Shown: positions 50,001 to 60,742, numbered from the stretch's first letter. The stretch: DNA of 64,000 nt from an uncultured Actinomycetota bacterium (GCA_963824605.1 CAWGPZ010000006.1:321864-385863); one strand, 5' to 3'. Numbers and translations are program-made. The notes: generated by a model not told the origin, from the sequence alone.

Positions 50001-52460
50001 ATGAGCCAGGACGACTCCCCTACCGCTACACCCGCCGACCATCGAGTCGTCGCGGTGTTGGTCGCCCACGACGGGGCAGACTTTCTCCCGCGTTCGCTCG
50101 CTGCTCTGGAAGCGCTCGACCCGGCCCCCGACATCGTCGTAGCGGTCGACACCGGCTCGGCTGACAGCACCGCTGAACTGCTGGCCGAGGCACCGGCCAT
50201 CGACCTGGTCGTCACCCTCTCCGCCGACACCGGCTTCGCCACAGCGGTGCACGCCGGCATCGCGGCGGCCCCCACGGTGAGCGCGGCTGACGGCGGGACA
50301 TCCCAGTGGCTGTGGCTGCTGCACGACGACAGCGCTCCAGACCCGTCGGCGCTGGGAGTGCTCCTGCGTAACGCCGCCGACCAGCCATCGGTGGGTGTGT
50401 GGGGGCCGAAGGTCCTGGGCTGGGACGAGCCGCGACGTCTGCTGGAAGCAGGGGTGTCCATCTCACGTTCCGGTCGTCGGCACACCGGCCTTGAGCCGGG
50501 CGAACAGGACCAGGGGCAGTACGACGGGCAGCGCGATGCGCTCGCGGTCGGCAGCGCAGGCCTGCTCGTGCGCCGTGACGTCTGGGACGACCTCGGCGGG
50601 CTCGATGGGTCCATGCGCTTCTTCCGAGACGACATCGACTTCGGGTGGCGGGCGAACCTTGCCGGCCATCGCGTCGCTGTCGCCACTGACGCCGTGCTGC
50701 ATCACGCCGAGGCCATGGCACGCGGGCGCCGCGCTGATGCGCCGCGAGACCCCCATGCCGTGGACCGAGGCAGTGCCCTGTACACGTTGCTCGCCAACAG
50801 CCGCCGCTCGACGGTGCTCTTCCGGTGGGTGTGGCTCCTCCTTCAGACCCTGGTCCGGGCACTGGGGTACGTCCTCGGAAAGGCGCCCCGCGAGGCCGCT
50901 GCCGAGATGAGTGCGATGGTGACCGTTCTCCTGCGGCCCATGCTGATCTGGCGTGCGCGGCGTGTGCGCCGCAGTCGACGAAGGGTGCCCGCGCGCAGTC
51001 TCCGGTCGCTCTTCCCCCCTCCAGGGCAACAGGTGCGACAGACGATCGAGACGCTGGCTGGGTCGCTGACCGTCCAAACCGATGTCCACCCCAGCACCAT
51101 CTTGGAGTCCGGTCCCGCCGAGGACGATCTGGACTCGTTCGTCGCCGTCAGCTCGGGCCGGCTTGGTCGGTGGGCCCGCCGCCCTGGGGTCATCCTCTTC
51201 GCCGGCCTTCTGGCCGTTCAGGTCGTGGCCTGGCGTGGTCTCTACCGAGGCGGGGTCCTCCATGGCGGGGCACTGCTGCCGATGCCGACAGGTGCGACAG
51301 ATCTCTGGCAGGCCTACACCGCCACGTGGCACCCGGTGTCGCTCGGTAGCGGAACCATGGCGCACCCCTCGACGGCAGTTCTGGGGCTCATCGCGACTGC
51401 GCTGCTGGGTCATGCCACGTGGGTCGTGCCGGTCATCCTGGTCGTCGGACCGGCGTTGGCCGGGTTGTTGGCCTACCAGGTCACTCGGTCGTTCGGCCTC
51501 TCCACGCGGCTGCGGGTCTGGGTGGGAGTCGCTTATGCGCTCAACCCGGTGTTTCTCGCGGCCACGGCCCAAGGCCGCTGGACGACCGTGCTCATCGGCG
51601 TCCTGGTGCCGCTTGCAGGTGTCGCCGTTGCCCGCGGCGTGGGCATCGGGACCGAGGCTGCCTCGGTGAGAGCGACCGCTGTCGCGGTCCTGCTGCTCGG
51701 CGTGATGCTTGCGTTGGCGCCTCCCCTTCTCGCTCCCCTGGTGGCGATGGCGGTGGCACTGGCGTTCCGGTCGCCGGCTCGCAGCGCTCCGTCGCCCAGC
51801 GATGTCAGGCATCCGGCGCGGCGGATGGCCATCGTGCTGGCGGTCGCCCCGCCAGTGCTTCTGCTGCCGTGGTGGCCAGTGGTGGTGAGTGACCCGAGCG
51901 TTCTCCTGCTGGAACCGGGTGTGGCATGGGTGGGTGACACCGAGGCTCCCTGGCAGGCGATCTTCTTCGATCCGGGCGGCTGGTGGTCAAGTCCCTGGTG
52001 GTTCGGACTCGGACTGGCAGTGGCGGCGCTCATGGCGGTCCTGAGGGCCCAGCAAGTGCCACCTGTGCGAGCAGCACTGATGGTTCTCGGGCTCTGTCTG
52101 GCCTGGGCGCTGGTCCTCGAGTCGGTCGTGGTGACTCCCGCGACGAGCACTCAGCCGGTGGCCGTGTGGAGTGGCTCGGTGCTGGTCCTGGCGGTGGCTG
52201 CGAGCCTGGTCGCGGTGGCGACCGCGGCGCGCGGCAGTCGCCAGCGGCTGCAGCGAGCCACCTTCTCATGGCGCCAGCCCGCTCTTCGCCGCCGTCGCCA
52301 CGCTCGCCGTTCTGAGCCCACTGGTGTGGGGCATCTCATGGGTGGACCGCGGAGCGACCGACCCGCTCGATCGCGGATCGGCCAACCCGCTGCCGGCGTT
52401 CGTGCGCGCGCAGTCCGAGCTCCCCGAGCAGATCCGCACCTTGGTGCTCGAACCAGCTGA
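50001..52460 (+). CDS. GT2 family glycosyltransferase fused to a large polytopic membrane domain.
   Basis: N-terminal GT-A fold (VAVLVAHDGADFLPRSL...VVAVDTGSADST). From about aa 320 onward the hydropathic composition indicates more than 10 TM helices. Confidence 0.65.
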   Translation: MSQDDSPTATPADHRVVAVLVAHDGADFLPRSLAALEALDPAPDIVVAVDTGSADSTAELLAEAPAIDLVVTLSADTGFATAVHAGIAAAPTVSAADGGTSQWLWLLHDDSAPDPSALGVLLRNAADQPSVGVWGPKVLGWDEPRRLLEAGVSISRSGRRHTGLEPGEQDQGQYDGQRDALAVGSAGLLVRRDVWDDLGGLDGSMRFFRDDIDFGWRANLAGHRVAVATDAVLHHAEAMARGRRADAPRDPHAVDRGSALYTLLANSRRSTVLFRWVWLLLQTLVRALGYVLGKAPREAAAEMSAMVTVLLRPMLIWRARRVRRSRRRVPARSLRSLFPPPGQQVRQTIETLAGSLTVQTDVHPSTILESGPAEDDLDSFVAVSSGRLGRWARRPGVILFAGLLAVQVVAWRGLYRGGVLHGGALLPMPTGATDLWQAYTATWHPVSLGSGTMAHPSTAVLGLIATALLGHATWVVPVILVVGPALAGLLAYQVTRSFGLSTRLRVWVGVAYALNPVFLAATAQGRWTTVLIGVLVPLAGVAVARGVGIGTEAASVRATAVAVLLLGVMLALAPPLLAPLVAMAVALAFRSPARSAPSPSDVRHPARRMAIVLAVAPPVLLLPWWPVVVSDPSVLLLEPGVAWVGDTEAPWQAIFFDPGGWWSSPWWFGLGLAVAALMAVLRAQQVPPVRAALMVLGLCLAWALVLESVVVTPATSTQPVAVWSGSVLVLAVAASLVAVATAARGSRQRLQRATFSWRQPALRRRRHARRSEPTGVGHLMGGPRSDRPARSRIGQPAAGVRARAVRAPRADPHLGARTS

Positions 52461-53115
52461 CGGCCGGCTGGCCTACACGGTCCTTCGTGACAGAGACGCC
52501 ACATGGGGCGACGTCGAGAACGCGCCTCCCGCCGACCGGCTCCTCTCGATGGACCTGGTGGTCTCCGACCTGGCGTCCGGGCGGGGCTTTGCTCCCGTCG
52601 ATGAGCTGGTGGCTCGTGGCGTGCAGTATGTCCTTGCGGTTCCACCCGTTGACGCGGATCTGGAGGTCGCCCTCGACTCCGCCCCTGGCCTGCTGAGGAT
52701 CGCCAACCCAGGCGACGCCTCGCTGTGGCGCGTCGAGCTGGACGCGGGCCGCGTCCAGCTGTTGGGCGCCGATGACCAGAGAGAGGTGCTGCCCTCGGAG
52801 GTAGCGGGCGACCCGTCGTCAGCGCGGGTTGAGGTGCCCGGGGCAGAAGGCGACCGACTGCTGGAGCTCGCCGAGCTCGCCGACGAGGGGTGGGTCGGCA
52901 CCGCCACCTCCCAGGACCAGACCCGCGAGCTGCCTGTCGGTGCAGCAACGGAGTGGGGACAGCGCTTTGTGGCCGGCGCCGTGGCCGCCGAGGTGTCGAT
53001 GGTGGTCGAGAATCCGTGGCGTCGCGCCTTGCTGTGGAGTCAGCTGGTTCTTGTTGTGCTCCTCGTGCTCGTTGCTCTGCCTGGCAGGTCCCGCCGAGAC
53101 GAGGAGGCGGTGTGA
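52171..53115 (+). CDS. Probable C-terminal continuation of the GT2 membrane protein in the +1 frame (frameshift near 52290), or alternatively a separate gene.
   Basis: After the Arg/Trp-rich first 30 codons, this frame reads as a TM helix plus a periplasmic domain and ends in a TM anchor LLWSQLVLVVLLVLVALPG. The upstream frame ends in an Arg-rich tail. Confidence 0.4.
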   Translation: MARCWSWRWLRAWSRWRPRRAAVASGCSEPPSHGASPLFAAVATLAVLSPLVWGISWVDRGATDPLDRGSANPLPAFVRAQSELPEQIRTLVLEPADGRLAYTVLRDRDATWGDVENAPPADRLLSMDLVVSDLASGRGFAPVDELVARGVQYVLAVPPVDADLEVALDSAPGLLRIANPGDASLWRVELDAGRVQLLGADDQREVLPSEVAGDPSSARVEVPGAEGDRLLELAELADEGWVGTATSQDQTRELPVGAATEWGQRFVAGAVAAEVSMVVENPWRRALLWSQLVLVVLLVLVALPGRSRRDEEAV

Positions 53116-54632
53116 ACGGCATGAGGGGTGGGTGGCATCACCCCGGTGTCCAGATGCTCGTCGTCCTCGTTCTGGTGATTGCTGCCGCAACGATCGCCAC
53201 CACCGTGTCGACCAGCCGCGCGAGGCCTGCCGCCGTCACCCCTGAGGTCGTACCGGTGACGGAGACCACTGTGGCGTGCCCTGGGCTGCGGTCGCGCAAG
53301 GGTTTCACCGAGTCGGCAGTCGCTGCCGCCACGCCGCCGACGGTGTCCGGGGTCGACCGGGAGGCATCGGGCAGCGGCATCGTGCGCACCTTGTCGCCAA
53401 GGGTCGCGCGCGAGAAGACGCTGATCAGCCTGGCTGAACCCGGTGACAGGGGTGCCTACGTCGGGCGCAACGGCGAACGTGACTCGGTCACGGGTTCGGC
53501 TTCGGGATCTCTGGCCCCAGGGTTCTCGGTGACCCAGACCGAGCGGACCGTCGACGGGGCAGGGCGGGGCCTCGCCTCCACCCAGTGCCAGCCCACCGGA
53601 ACTGACTTCTGGTTCGTCGGAGCGGCGTCCGGCGTTGGGCAGCGCGCGGTCCTGGTACTGACCAACCCCGAGTCAGCCACGGCCACGGTCGACGTCACCC
53701 TCCACGGGCGTGACGGCGTCATTGACGCCCCAGGGGCACGAGGAGTTCAGGTTGGCCCGCGGACCAGCGTCGACCTGCGCATCGATGAGGTGGCACCGGG
53801 CGAGAAGGTCCTCGCGGTCCATGCCCAGGTGCGGGTGGGCAGGCTCTCAGCGGCCATCACCGAAACCGACGCCGACGGGTTCGAGCCGGGAGGGACTGAC
53901 TGGATCCCGGCCGCGTCGCCGCCGACCACGAACATCGTGGTACCGGGCGTGCCCGCGGTTTCCCGTTCCCGCGAGGCGAAAGTGCGCCTCGATGTCGTGG
54001 CGGAAGGCGAAGCCGCCGTGGTGACGATATCCGTGGTGACTCCCGATGGTTCTTTTGCGCCAGAGGGCGTCGACGTCCTGGATGTGCCCGAGCAAGGCGT
54101 CGCATCGGTCGACCTCACCGAGGTCCTGGGAGGAGACCCAGCGGCCATCGTCCTGTCGTCAGACGTTCCGGTGACCGCAGGTGCGCGAGTGCTGCTGAAG
54201 AACCCCGACATATTCGGGGACGTGCTGTTCCTGGCGGCCGCCGATTCCCTCGGCGCTCCGGCGGTCGTTCCTGACAACCGCACGACCAAGGACCTGCGGA
54301 CGCGTCTCATCCTGAGCGCCCCGGACGGCGGTGCGACGGCCGTCGTCAAGGGATTCGCGGCCGGCCGTGAGTGGACGGCTGGGCGTGTGTCCCTGGCATC
54401 CGGTGCGACCAAGGTGATGACGATCCCCCCCAAGCGGATCAAGGGCAGGAAGGTCGACAGCTTCGGCCTCGTGATCACACCTGGAGGCAGCGGGTCGTTG
54501 TACGGCGTTCGCATGCTCGACGAAGAGGGACCTCGCGGCCCCCTGGTCACGTCATTTCCGCTGACGACCGCGCGGTTGTTGGCCGAGGTACCAGAGACGT
54601 TTCCCGACATCTCTGTCGGGTCGAATGACTGA
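53112..54632 (+). CDS. Membrane-anchored extracytoplasmic protein of unknown function (about 506 aa).
   Basis: GTG overlaps the upstream stop codon (GTGA) and is preceded by GAGGAGG. Single N-terminal TM helix (MLVVLVLVIAAATIATTV). The remainder is Gly/Val/Thr-rich beta-type sequence. Confidence 0.5.
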   Translation: MNGMRGGWHHPGVQMLVVLVLVIAAATIATTVSTSRARPAAVTPEVVPVTETTVACPGLRSRKGFTESAVAAATPPTVSGVDREASGSGIVRTLSPRVAREKTLISLAEPGDRGAYVGRNGERDSVTGSASGSLAPGFSVTQTERTVDGAGRGLASTQCQPTGTDFWFVGAASGVGQRAVLVLTNPESATATVDVTLHGRDGVIDAPGARGVQVGPRTSVDLRIDEVAPGEKVLAVHAQVRVGRLSAAITETDADGFEPGGTDWIPAASPPTTNIVVPGVPAVSRSREAKVRLDVVAEGEAAVVTISVVTPDGSFAPEGVDVLDVPEQGVASVDLTEVLGGDPAAIVLSSDVPVTAGARVLLKNPDIFGDVLFLAAADSLGAPAVVPDNRTTKDLRTRLILSAPDGGATAVVKGFAAGREWTAGRVSLASGATKVMTIPPKRIKGRKVDSFGLVITPGGSGSLYGVRMLDEEGPRGPLVTSFPLTTARLLAEVPETFPDISVGSND

Positions 54633-54717
54633 CCGGGTCATGGCGGTGGTGGCGACACGAGCGGGAGTGGCGTCGGAAATGACCGCCTCGCTCCCGGACG
54701 GGCGATAGCGTCGCGCC

Positions 54718-55089
54718 GTGAGTCCTATGAGGCGCTGCTCGCGTACGGCGTGCAATCGCACGGCCGTGATGACGCTGACCTACGTGTACGCCGATTCCAC
54801 GGCGGTGCTGGGTCCCTTGGCGACCTACGCCGAGCCGCACTGCTACGACCTGTGCGAAGTCCACGGCGAGCGACTCACCGCACCCAGAGGCTGGGAGATC
54901 CTTCGGCTGGCCCCTGATCCGGCTCAGCTCGGCCCGAGCAGCGACGATCTCGAGGCGCTGGCCGATGCCGTCCGCGAGGCCGGGCGTCCTGTGGGCCCGG
55001 TTCCGGCAGCCGCGTCGCCTGCGCCGGTCGAGCACGGGCGTCGTGGACACCTCTGGGTCCTCCCTCCGTTGGAGGAGTCCGAGGGGTAG
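54718..55089 (+). CDS. DUF3499-like Cys-containing protein, conserved next to phosphomannomutase in actinobacteria.
   Basis: CSRTACNRTAVMTLTYVYADSTAVLGPLATYAEPHCYDLCEVHGERLTAPRGWE pattern. Family name is from memory. Confidence 0.5.
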   Translation: MSPMRRCSRTACNRTAVMTLTYVYADSTAVLGPLATYAEPHCYDLCEVHGERLTAPRGWEILRLAPDPAQLGPSSDDLEALADAVREAGRPVGPVPAAASPAPVEHGRRGHLWVLPPLEESEG

Positions 55090-55239
55090 CCGCCCCGTAT
55101 ATCCGTTTTGCGGCGAAAGCCGTGAATCTCCCTGAATTCAACCCCAACCGGCACCGGTGCCGATAGCACCCTCGCATCGCGGTCCGCCGCCCGTACGGAT
55201 CGACCGGCACCTGCCGGAACAACAGTGGAGGAGAAGACC

Positions 55240-55497
55240 ATGGCCCGTTCGTCCTCGCAGCCGATGACCGTTCCACTCGGTTCGTTGACGCAGGCTGGTG
55301 CCCGGGTCGAGGTCGCCTGCAGTGAGTGCGGGAGCGAGCGCGTCACACACCTGGCGATGACGCTCACCGACGGCACCCCTGTGGAGTTCGTGTCGTGCCA
55401 CCGATGCGAGCACAAGACGTGGGTGGACGCGAGTGGGGTGCAGCATCAGGAGCTGCCGGTCACGAGCGTCCTCGACAAGACGCGCAAGCCGAGCTGA
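55240..55497 (+). CDS. Small Zn-ribbon-like protein (85 aa).
   Basis: CSECG...SCHRCEH Cys pairs. ATG 55240 is preceded by GGAGGAG. Confidence 0.4.
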   Translation: MARSSSQPMTVPLGSLTQAGARVEVACSECGSERVTHLAMTLTDGTPVEFVSCHRCEHKTWVDASGVQHQELPVTSVLDKTRKPS

Positions 55498-55541
55498 CCG
55501 GGCGCTCAGCAGCGTCTCCTGGCTCGGTAGGGTCCAGGTCT

Positions 55542-56954
55542 GTGACCCCTGAACGAGCCCGATCAGCCCCGTCGCCCCCCGTGGACCCCGCAGTCCTTGC
55601 GCAGATCGTCAAGGCGTACGACGTCCGAGGCGTCGTCCCCGACCAGCTCAACGCGCAGATCTGCCGCGACATCGGCGTCGCCTTCGTGCAGCTGCTGAGA
55701 ACGGAGGGCGACGTACCAGGAGTCGTCGTGGGGCACGACATGCGCCCGACCTCACCTGAGCTGGCGAGGGCGTTCGCCGAGGGCGCCGCGTCCGCCGGTC
55801 TGGACGTCACGATGATCGGCCTGGCGAGCACCGATCAGCTGTACTGCGCGTCGGGTCTCCTGGGTCTCCCAGGAGCGATGTTCACGGCCAGCCACAACCC
55901 GGCCGAGTACAACGGGATCAAGCTCTGCCGGGCTCACGCCGCACCGGTGGGCCAAGAGACCGGTCTGGCCCAGATCAGGGATGCGCTGGCGTCCGGGGTG
56001 AGCACCACCGAATCGGCGCCAGGAACCATTACCGAGCGGGACATGCTCGCCGAGTATGTGCGGCACCTCCACTCGCTGGTCGACCTGAGCGGCGTTCGCC
56101 CTCTGACGGTGGTGATCGACGCGGGCAATGGCATGGCCGGCCACACTGCGCCGGCGGTCTTCGCCGGCCTGCCGATGACCATCATCCCGCTGTACTTCGA
56201 ACTTGACGGAACTTTCCCCAACCACGAGGCCAACCCGATCGATCCGGACAACCTGCGCGACCTGCAGGCGGCGGTCGTCGAGCACGCTGCCGACATCGGT
56301 CTCGCCTTCGACGGCGACGCCGATCGTTGCTTCATCGTGGACGAACGCGGCTCCATCGTGTCGCCCAGCGTGCTGGCGGCGCTCATCGCCGACCGAGAGC
56401 TGGCGCGTGACCCCGGCAGCACCGTGATCTACAACCTCATCACCAGTCGCGTCGTTCCCGAGGTCGTCGCAGAGGCAGGGGGCGTCGCCGTGCGCTCCCG
56501 TGTCGGCCACTCGTTCATCAAGGGCGTCATGGCCGACACGGGCGCCGTGTTCGGGGGCGAGCACTCAGGTCACTTCTACTTCCGTGACTTCTGGCGTGCC
56601 GACTCGGGCATGCTCGCCGGCATGCACGCCCTGGCCGCCCTCGGCAGCACTGACGCACCGCTGTCGCGGCTGTTGGCTCCCTACGACCGCTATGCGGCGA
56701 GCGGCGAGATCAACTCGACCGTCGCCGACCAGGCGCAGGTGCTCGACGACATCCGCCGCCGCTGGATCGCCCGCGACGGTGTGACGATCGACGAGCTCGA
56801 CGGACTCACGGTGGCCAGCGATGACTGGTGGTTCAACGTGCGGGCCAGCAACACCGAACCTCTCCTGCGCCTCAACGTCGAGGCCAAAGAGCTCACCACC
56901 CTCGAGACGGTCCGCGACGAGGTGCTGGCGCAAATCCGCGGCGATGCCGAATGA
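55542..56954 (+). CDS. Phosphomannomutase / phosphoglucomutase.
   Basis: TASHNPAEYNGIK active-site serine loop and FDGDADR metal-binding loop. GTG 55542 chosen because it clears the upstream gene. Confidence 0.85.
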   Translation: MTPERARSAPSPPVDPAVLAQIVKAYDVRGVVPDQLNAQICRDIGVAFVQLLRTEGDVPGVVVGHDMRPTSPELARAFAEGAASAGLDVTMIGLASTDQLYCASGLLGLPGAMFTASHNPAEYNGIKLCRAHAAPVGQETGLAQIRDALASGVSTTESAPGTITERDMLAEYVRHLHSLVDLSGVRPLTVVIDAGNGMAGHTAPAVFAGLPMTIIPLYFELDGTFPNHEANPIDPDNLRDLQAAVVEHAADIGLAFDGDADRCFIVDERGSIVSPSVLAALIADRELARDPGSTVIYNLITSRVVPEVVAEAGGVAVRSRVGHSFIKGVMADTGAVFGGEHSGHFYFRDFWRADSGMLAGMHALAALGSTDAPLSRLLAPYDRYAASGEINSTVADQAQVLDDIRRRWIARDGVTIDELDGLTVASDDWWFNVRASNTEPLLRLNVEAKELTTLETVRDEVLAQIRGDAE

Positions 56955-57169
56955 CTGATCCCGGTGTCAGCGACCCTCACTGGCCGGCGATCGACCCAGG
57001 CCTGCTCGAGATCATCGTCTGCCCTGCCTGTCGCTCCGACCTCGTGCCTCAGCCCGATCCGACCGGGCCGCACTCCCTTCAGTGCACGGGCTCGGACTGC
57101 GGTCTGAACTATCCGGTGCGTGACGGAATCCCTGTGCTCCTGGTCGAAGAGGCCGGTCCTGGTGACTGA
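56951..57169 (+). CDS. Trm112-like (DUF343) small protein.
   Basis: LLEIIVCPACRSDL...YPVRDGIPVLLVEEA. ATGA overlap with the phosphomannomutase stop. Confidence 0.6.
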   Translation: MTDPGVSDPHWPAIDPGLLEIIVCPACRSDLVPQPDPTGPHSLQCTGSDCGLNYPVRDGIPVLLVEEAGPGD

Positions 57170-58274
57170 GTCTGGGCGTGGTCCGGGCCAGATCGACCTC
57201 GACGACATCAGCGCGGTTCGAGCCGGTGACCCCGGTTCGATGCTCGACGACGTCGCCTCGGCGGCTGACCAGGTTCGTCAGGCGGTGGTTGCGTGTGAGC
57301 GCGCGGGCGTGACGGTTGTTCGCGACGGTGGTCGGCCGCGTGCGGTGGTCGTGACCGGCATGGGCGGCTCAGGAATTGCCGGGCATGTCCTGCAGGCCGC
57401 TGCCGGTCCGGAGTGCCCCGTTCCGGTCGAGCGTGTTCGTGGATGGACCTTGCCTGCGTGGGTGGGCGCCGATGACCTCGTCATCGCCGTGTCGAGCTCG
57501 GGACGTACCGCTGAGACGATCGCCTGCACCAGGACCGCCATCGAGCGAGGCGCACGAACCGTCGTTGTTGCCGCCGAGGGTTCACCGCTGGTCGAGCTCG
57601 CGGACGGCGCTGGAATCCCGTGGGTTCCCGTCCCACCAGGTCGGCCACCGCGAGCCAATCTGTGGGCCTTGTCGGTTCCGCTTCTCGTCGCGGCAGACGC
57701 CCTCGGCGTCGTCGATGCCGAAGCAACGAGACTCGAAGCCGTCGCCGAGCTCCTCGACCGATTGGCCGAGCAGTGTGCGCCGACAGTTCCGAGCCTCGAC
57801 AACCCCGCCAAGCGGCTGGCCCTCGACCTCTACGGCACGCTGCCGATGATCTGGGGCAGCAGCGACCTGGCCGGCATCGCGGCCTATCGTCTGCTGTGTC
57901 AGCTCGCTGAGAACGCCAAATACCCGGCCGTCAACGGCGTCCTGCCTGAGGCTCTGCACAACCAGGTGGTCACCTTCAGCGCTCCACGCTCGTCTGGCCT
58001 CCCGATCCGACTCGTCCTGCTGCGCGACACGGTGGAGCAGTGGCAGGTGGCCGTCGCAGCCGATGAGGCGGAGACCCTCGCAGGTGAGTCAGGGGTGGGC
58101 GTCAGCCGATTGATGGCCGTAGGCGAGCATCCGCTGCAGCGCATGGCCAGCCTGTGCGCAGTCGGTGACTTCGCCAGCGTGTACCTCGGTCTTCTCGGCG
58201 GAGTCGACCCCACACCGATTCCGCCGATCGAGATCTTGAAGGCTCGGGTTGAGGCCCGGCGCTCCAGTCGATGA
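57162..58274 (+). CDS. SIS-domain bifunctional phosphoglucose/phosphomannose isomerase-like protein.
   Basis: Two SIS-like halves (VVVTGMGGSGIAG, AVSSSGRTAET). Position downstream of phosphomannomutase matches mycobacterial synteny. Confidence 0.65.
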   Translation: MTESGRGPGQIDLDDISAVRAGDPGSMLDDVASAADQVRQAVVACERAGVTVVRDGGRPRAVVVTGMGGSGIAGHVLQAAAGPECPVPVERVRGWTLPAWVGADDLVIAVSSSGRTAETIACTRTAIERGARTVVVAAEGSPLVELADGAGIPWVPVPPGRPPRANLWALSVPLLVAADALGVVDAEATRLEAVAELLDRLAEQCAPTVPSLDNPAKRLALDLYGTLPMIWGSSDLAGIAAYRLLCQLAENAKYPAVNGVLPEALHNQVVTFSAPRSSGLPIRLVLLRDTVEQWQVAVAADEAETLAGESGVGVSRLMAVGEHPLQRMASLCAVGDFASVYLGLLGGVDPTPIPPIEILKARVEARRSSR

Positions 58275-59209
58275 GCGCGGAGGGCGGTACGCGGGCGATC
58301 CTGGCGGCGATGCTCGCCAATCTCGGCATCGCCATCACCAAGTTCTTCGCCTTCTTGGTATCGGGCTCGTCGTCGATGCTTGCTGAGTCGGTGCACTCGG
58401 TAGCCGACTCCGGTAACCAGGTGCTGCTGCTCATCGGTGGGCAGCGATCGAAGCGGGCAGCAACGCCCGAACACCCATTCGGCTACGGCCGTGAGCGATA
58501 TCTGTACGCCTTCGTCGTCTCGATCGTGCTCTTCGCCGTGGGCGGTCTCTTCTCGATGTACGAGGGCGTGCACAAGATCCGCCACCCCGAGGAGCTCACC
58601 AACATCGTCGTGCCGATCGTGGTTCTCCTCGTCGCGATCGGGCTCGAAGGGTTCTCGCTCAGGACCGCTGTGGTCGAGTCGAACAAGGTGCGACGCGGAC
58701 TCTCGTGGGTGCAGTTCGTCCGTCGCGCGAAAGCGCCGGAGCTGCCGGTTGTCCTGCTCGAGGATGTCGGCGCCCTCATCGGTCTGGTGCTCGCGCTGGC
58801 CGGCGTCGGACTGACGGCCATCACCGGCGACGCGGTGTGGGACGGTCTGGGCACCGTCGCCATCGGCACCCTGCTCATCGTGATCGCCATCGTGTTGGGC
58901 ATCGAGACCAAGAGCCTGCTGCTCGGCGAGGGAGCACTCCCGAGCGATGTCGATGCCATCCGGGCGGCCCTGCTCGATGGTGTCGACATCAAGCGCGTGA
59001 TCCACATGAAGACCCTCTTCCTGGGTCCGGAAGAGCTGCTGGTCGCCGCCAAGATCACGCTGTCGTCCAGTGCGTCCGTAGCCGACGTCGCGAAGGCAAT
59101 CAACGACGCGGAGGTGCGCATTCGGGCGTCCGTGCCGGTTCCGATGGTGATCTACCTTGAGCCTGACGTACTGACCGCCGGCCGGGAGGACCCGACGTCG
59201 GCCAGGTGA
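58271..59209 (+). CDS. Cation diffusion facilitator family transporter.
   Basis: Six TM helices with an HSVADSGNQ motif, plus a C-terminal cytoplasmic domain. Confidence 0.8.
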   Translation: MSAEGGTRAILAAMLANLGIAITKFFAFLVSGSSSMLAESVHSVADSGNQVLLLIGGQRSKRAATPEHPFGYGRERYLYAFVVSIVLFAVGGLFSMYEGVHKIRHPEELTNIVVPIVVLLVAIGLEGFSLRTAVVESNKVRRGLSWVQFVRRAKAPELPVVLLEDVGALIGLVLALAGVGLTAITGDAVWDGLGTVAIGTLLIVIAIVLGIETKSLLLGEGALPSDVDAIRAALLDGVDIKRVIHMKTLFLGPEELLVAAKITLSSSASVADVAKAINDAEVRIRASVPVPMVIYLEPDVLTAGREDPTSAR

Positions 59210-59236
59210 TGTCATGGGGCGCAAAGCGGTTGGCCC

Positions 59237-60742
59237 TTGTACTCTGGGTCCGTGACTGCTTCCACACTCCCAGCCCCCACATCCGCGCGCGTTCTCGACT
59301 CCGGCGACTTCAAGGTCGCCGATCTCGCACTCGCTGAGTTCGGACGCAAAGAAATTCGTCTGGCCGAGCACGAGATGCCCGGACTCATGGCAATTCGCCG
59401 AGAGTACGCCGACGCCCAGCCGCTCGCCGGCGCTCGCATCATGGGATCGCTGCACATGACGTTGCAGACGGCGGTCCTGATCGAGACGCTCACAGCACTC
59501 GGTGCAGATGTCCGCTGGGCCAGCTGCAACATCTTCTCCACTCAGGACCATGCTGCCGCGGCGATCGTCGTCGGACCGTCTGGCTCGCCCGACGCGCCCT
59601 CGGGTGTTCCGGTGTTCGCCTGGAAGGGCGAGACCCTCGACGAGTACTGGTGGTGCACGGAGCAAGCACTTACGTGGCCAGGTCAGTCGGCAGGTGAGGG
59701 TCCCAACATGATCCTCGACGACGGCGGCGACGCCACGATGCTCGTTCACAAAGGTGTCGAGTTCGAGAAGGCAGGTGCCGCCCCCGATCCCTCGACCGCA
59801 GACAGCGAGGAGTTCGAGGTTGTCCTGCGCCTGCTGAACCGAACTCTGGCAGAGACACCCAACAAGTGGACCGAGGTTGCCTCTGGGATCCGGGGTGTCA
59901 CCGAAGAGACCACAACAGGGGTGCACCGCCTCTACCAGATGCTTGAGACCAAGGAACTGCTCTTTCCCGCGATCAACGTCAACGACTCGGTGACCAAGAG
60001 CAAGTTCGACAACAAGTACGGCTGCCGCCACTCCCTCATCGACGGCATCAACCGGGGAACGGACACCTTGATCGGCGGCAAGACTGCCGTCGTCTTCGGC
60101 TACGGCGACGTCGGCAAGGGATCCGCAGACTCTCTTCGAGGTCAGGGTGCCCGCGTACTGGTGACCGAGATCGACCCGATCTGTGCTCTCCAGGCAGCGA
60201 TGGACGGCTACCAGGTGGTCCGCCTCGAAGACGTCGTCGAAACGGCTGACATCTTCATTTCGGCGACCGGCAACAAGGACGTCATCACGGTCGCCGACAT
60301 GGCCAAGATGAAGCACCAGGCCATCGTCGGCAACATCGGTCACTTCGACAACGAGATCGACATGGCCGGTCTGGCGTCCCGCCCCGGCGTTCGGCGCGAG
60401 AACATCAAGCCTCAGGTTGATCTGTGGCACTTCGACGACGGCCATGCGGTGCTCATCCTGAGTGAGGGCCGGCTGCTGAACCTGGGCAACGCCACTGGTC
60501 ACCCGAGTTTCGTCATGTCCAACTCGTTCGCCAACCAGACGATCGCCCAGATCGAGCTCTTCACGAAGACGGCTGACTACCCCGTGGGGGTCTACACGCT
60601 GCCCAAGCACCTCGACGAGAAGGTGGCTCGGCTGCACCTCGATGCTCTGGGCGTGCACCTCACCGAGCTCACCGACGATCAGGCCGAGTACCTGGGCATC
60701 CCCAAGAACGGCCCCTACAAGCCAGACCACTACCGATACTGA
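59237..60742 (+). CDS. ahcY: Adenosylhomocysteinase.
   Basis: [28 protein letters not shown] and [11 protein letters not shown]-binding motifs. Confidence 0.9.
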   Translation: MYSGSVTASTLPAPTSARVLDSGDFKVADLALAEFGRKEIRLAEHEMPGLMAIRREYADAQPLAGARIMGSLHMTLQTAVLIETLTALGADVRWASCNIFSTQDHAAAAIVVGPSGSPDAPSGVPVFAWKGETLDEYWWCTEQALTWPGQSAGEGPNMILDDGGDATMLVHKGVEFEKAGAAPDPSTADSEEFEVVLRLLNRTLAETPNKWTEVASGIRGVTEETTTGVHRLYQMLETKELLFPAINVNDSVTKSKFDNKYGCRHSLIDGINRGTDTLIGGKTAVVFGYGDVGKGSADSLRGQGARVLVTEIDPICALQAAMDGYQVVRLEDVVETADIFISATGNKDVITVADMAKMKHQAIVGNIGHFDNEIDMAGLASRPGVRRENIKPQVDLWHFDDGHAVLILSEGRLLNLGNATGHPSFVMSNSFANQTIAQIELFTKTADYPVGVYTLPKHLDEKVARLHLDALGVHLTELTDDQAEYLGIPKNGPYKPDHYRY

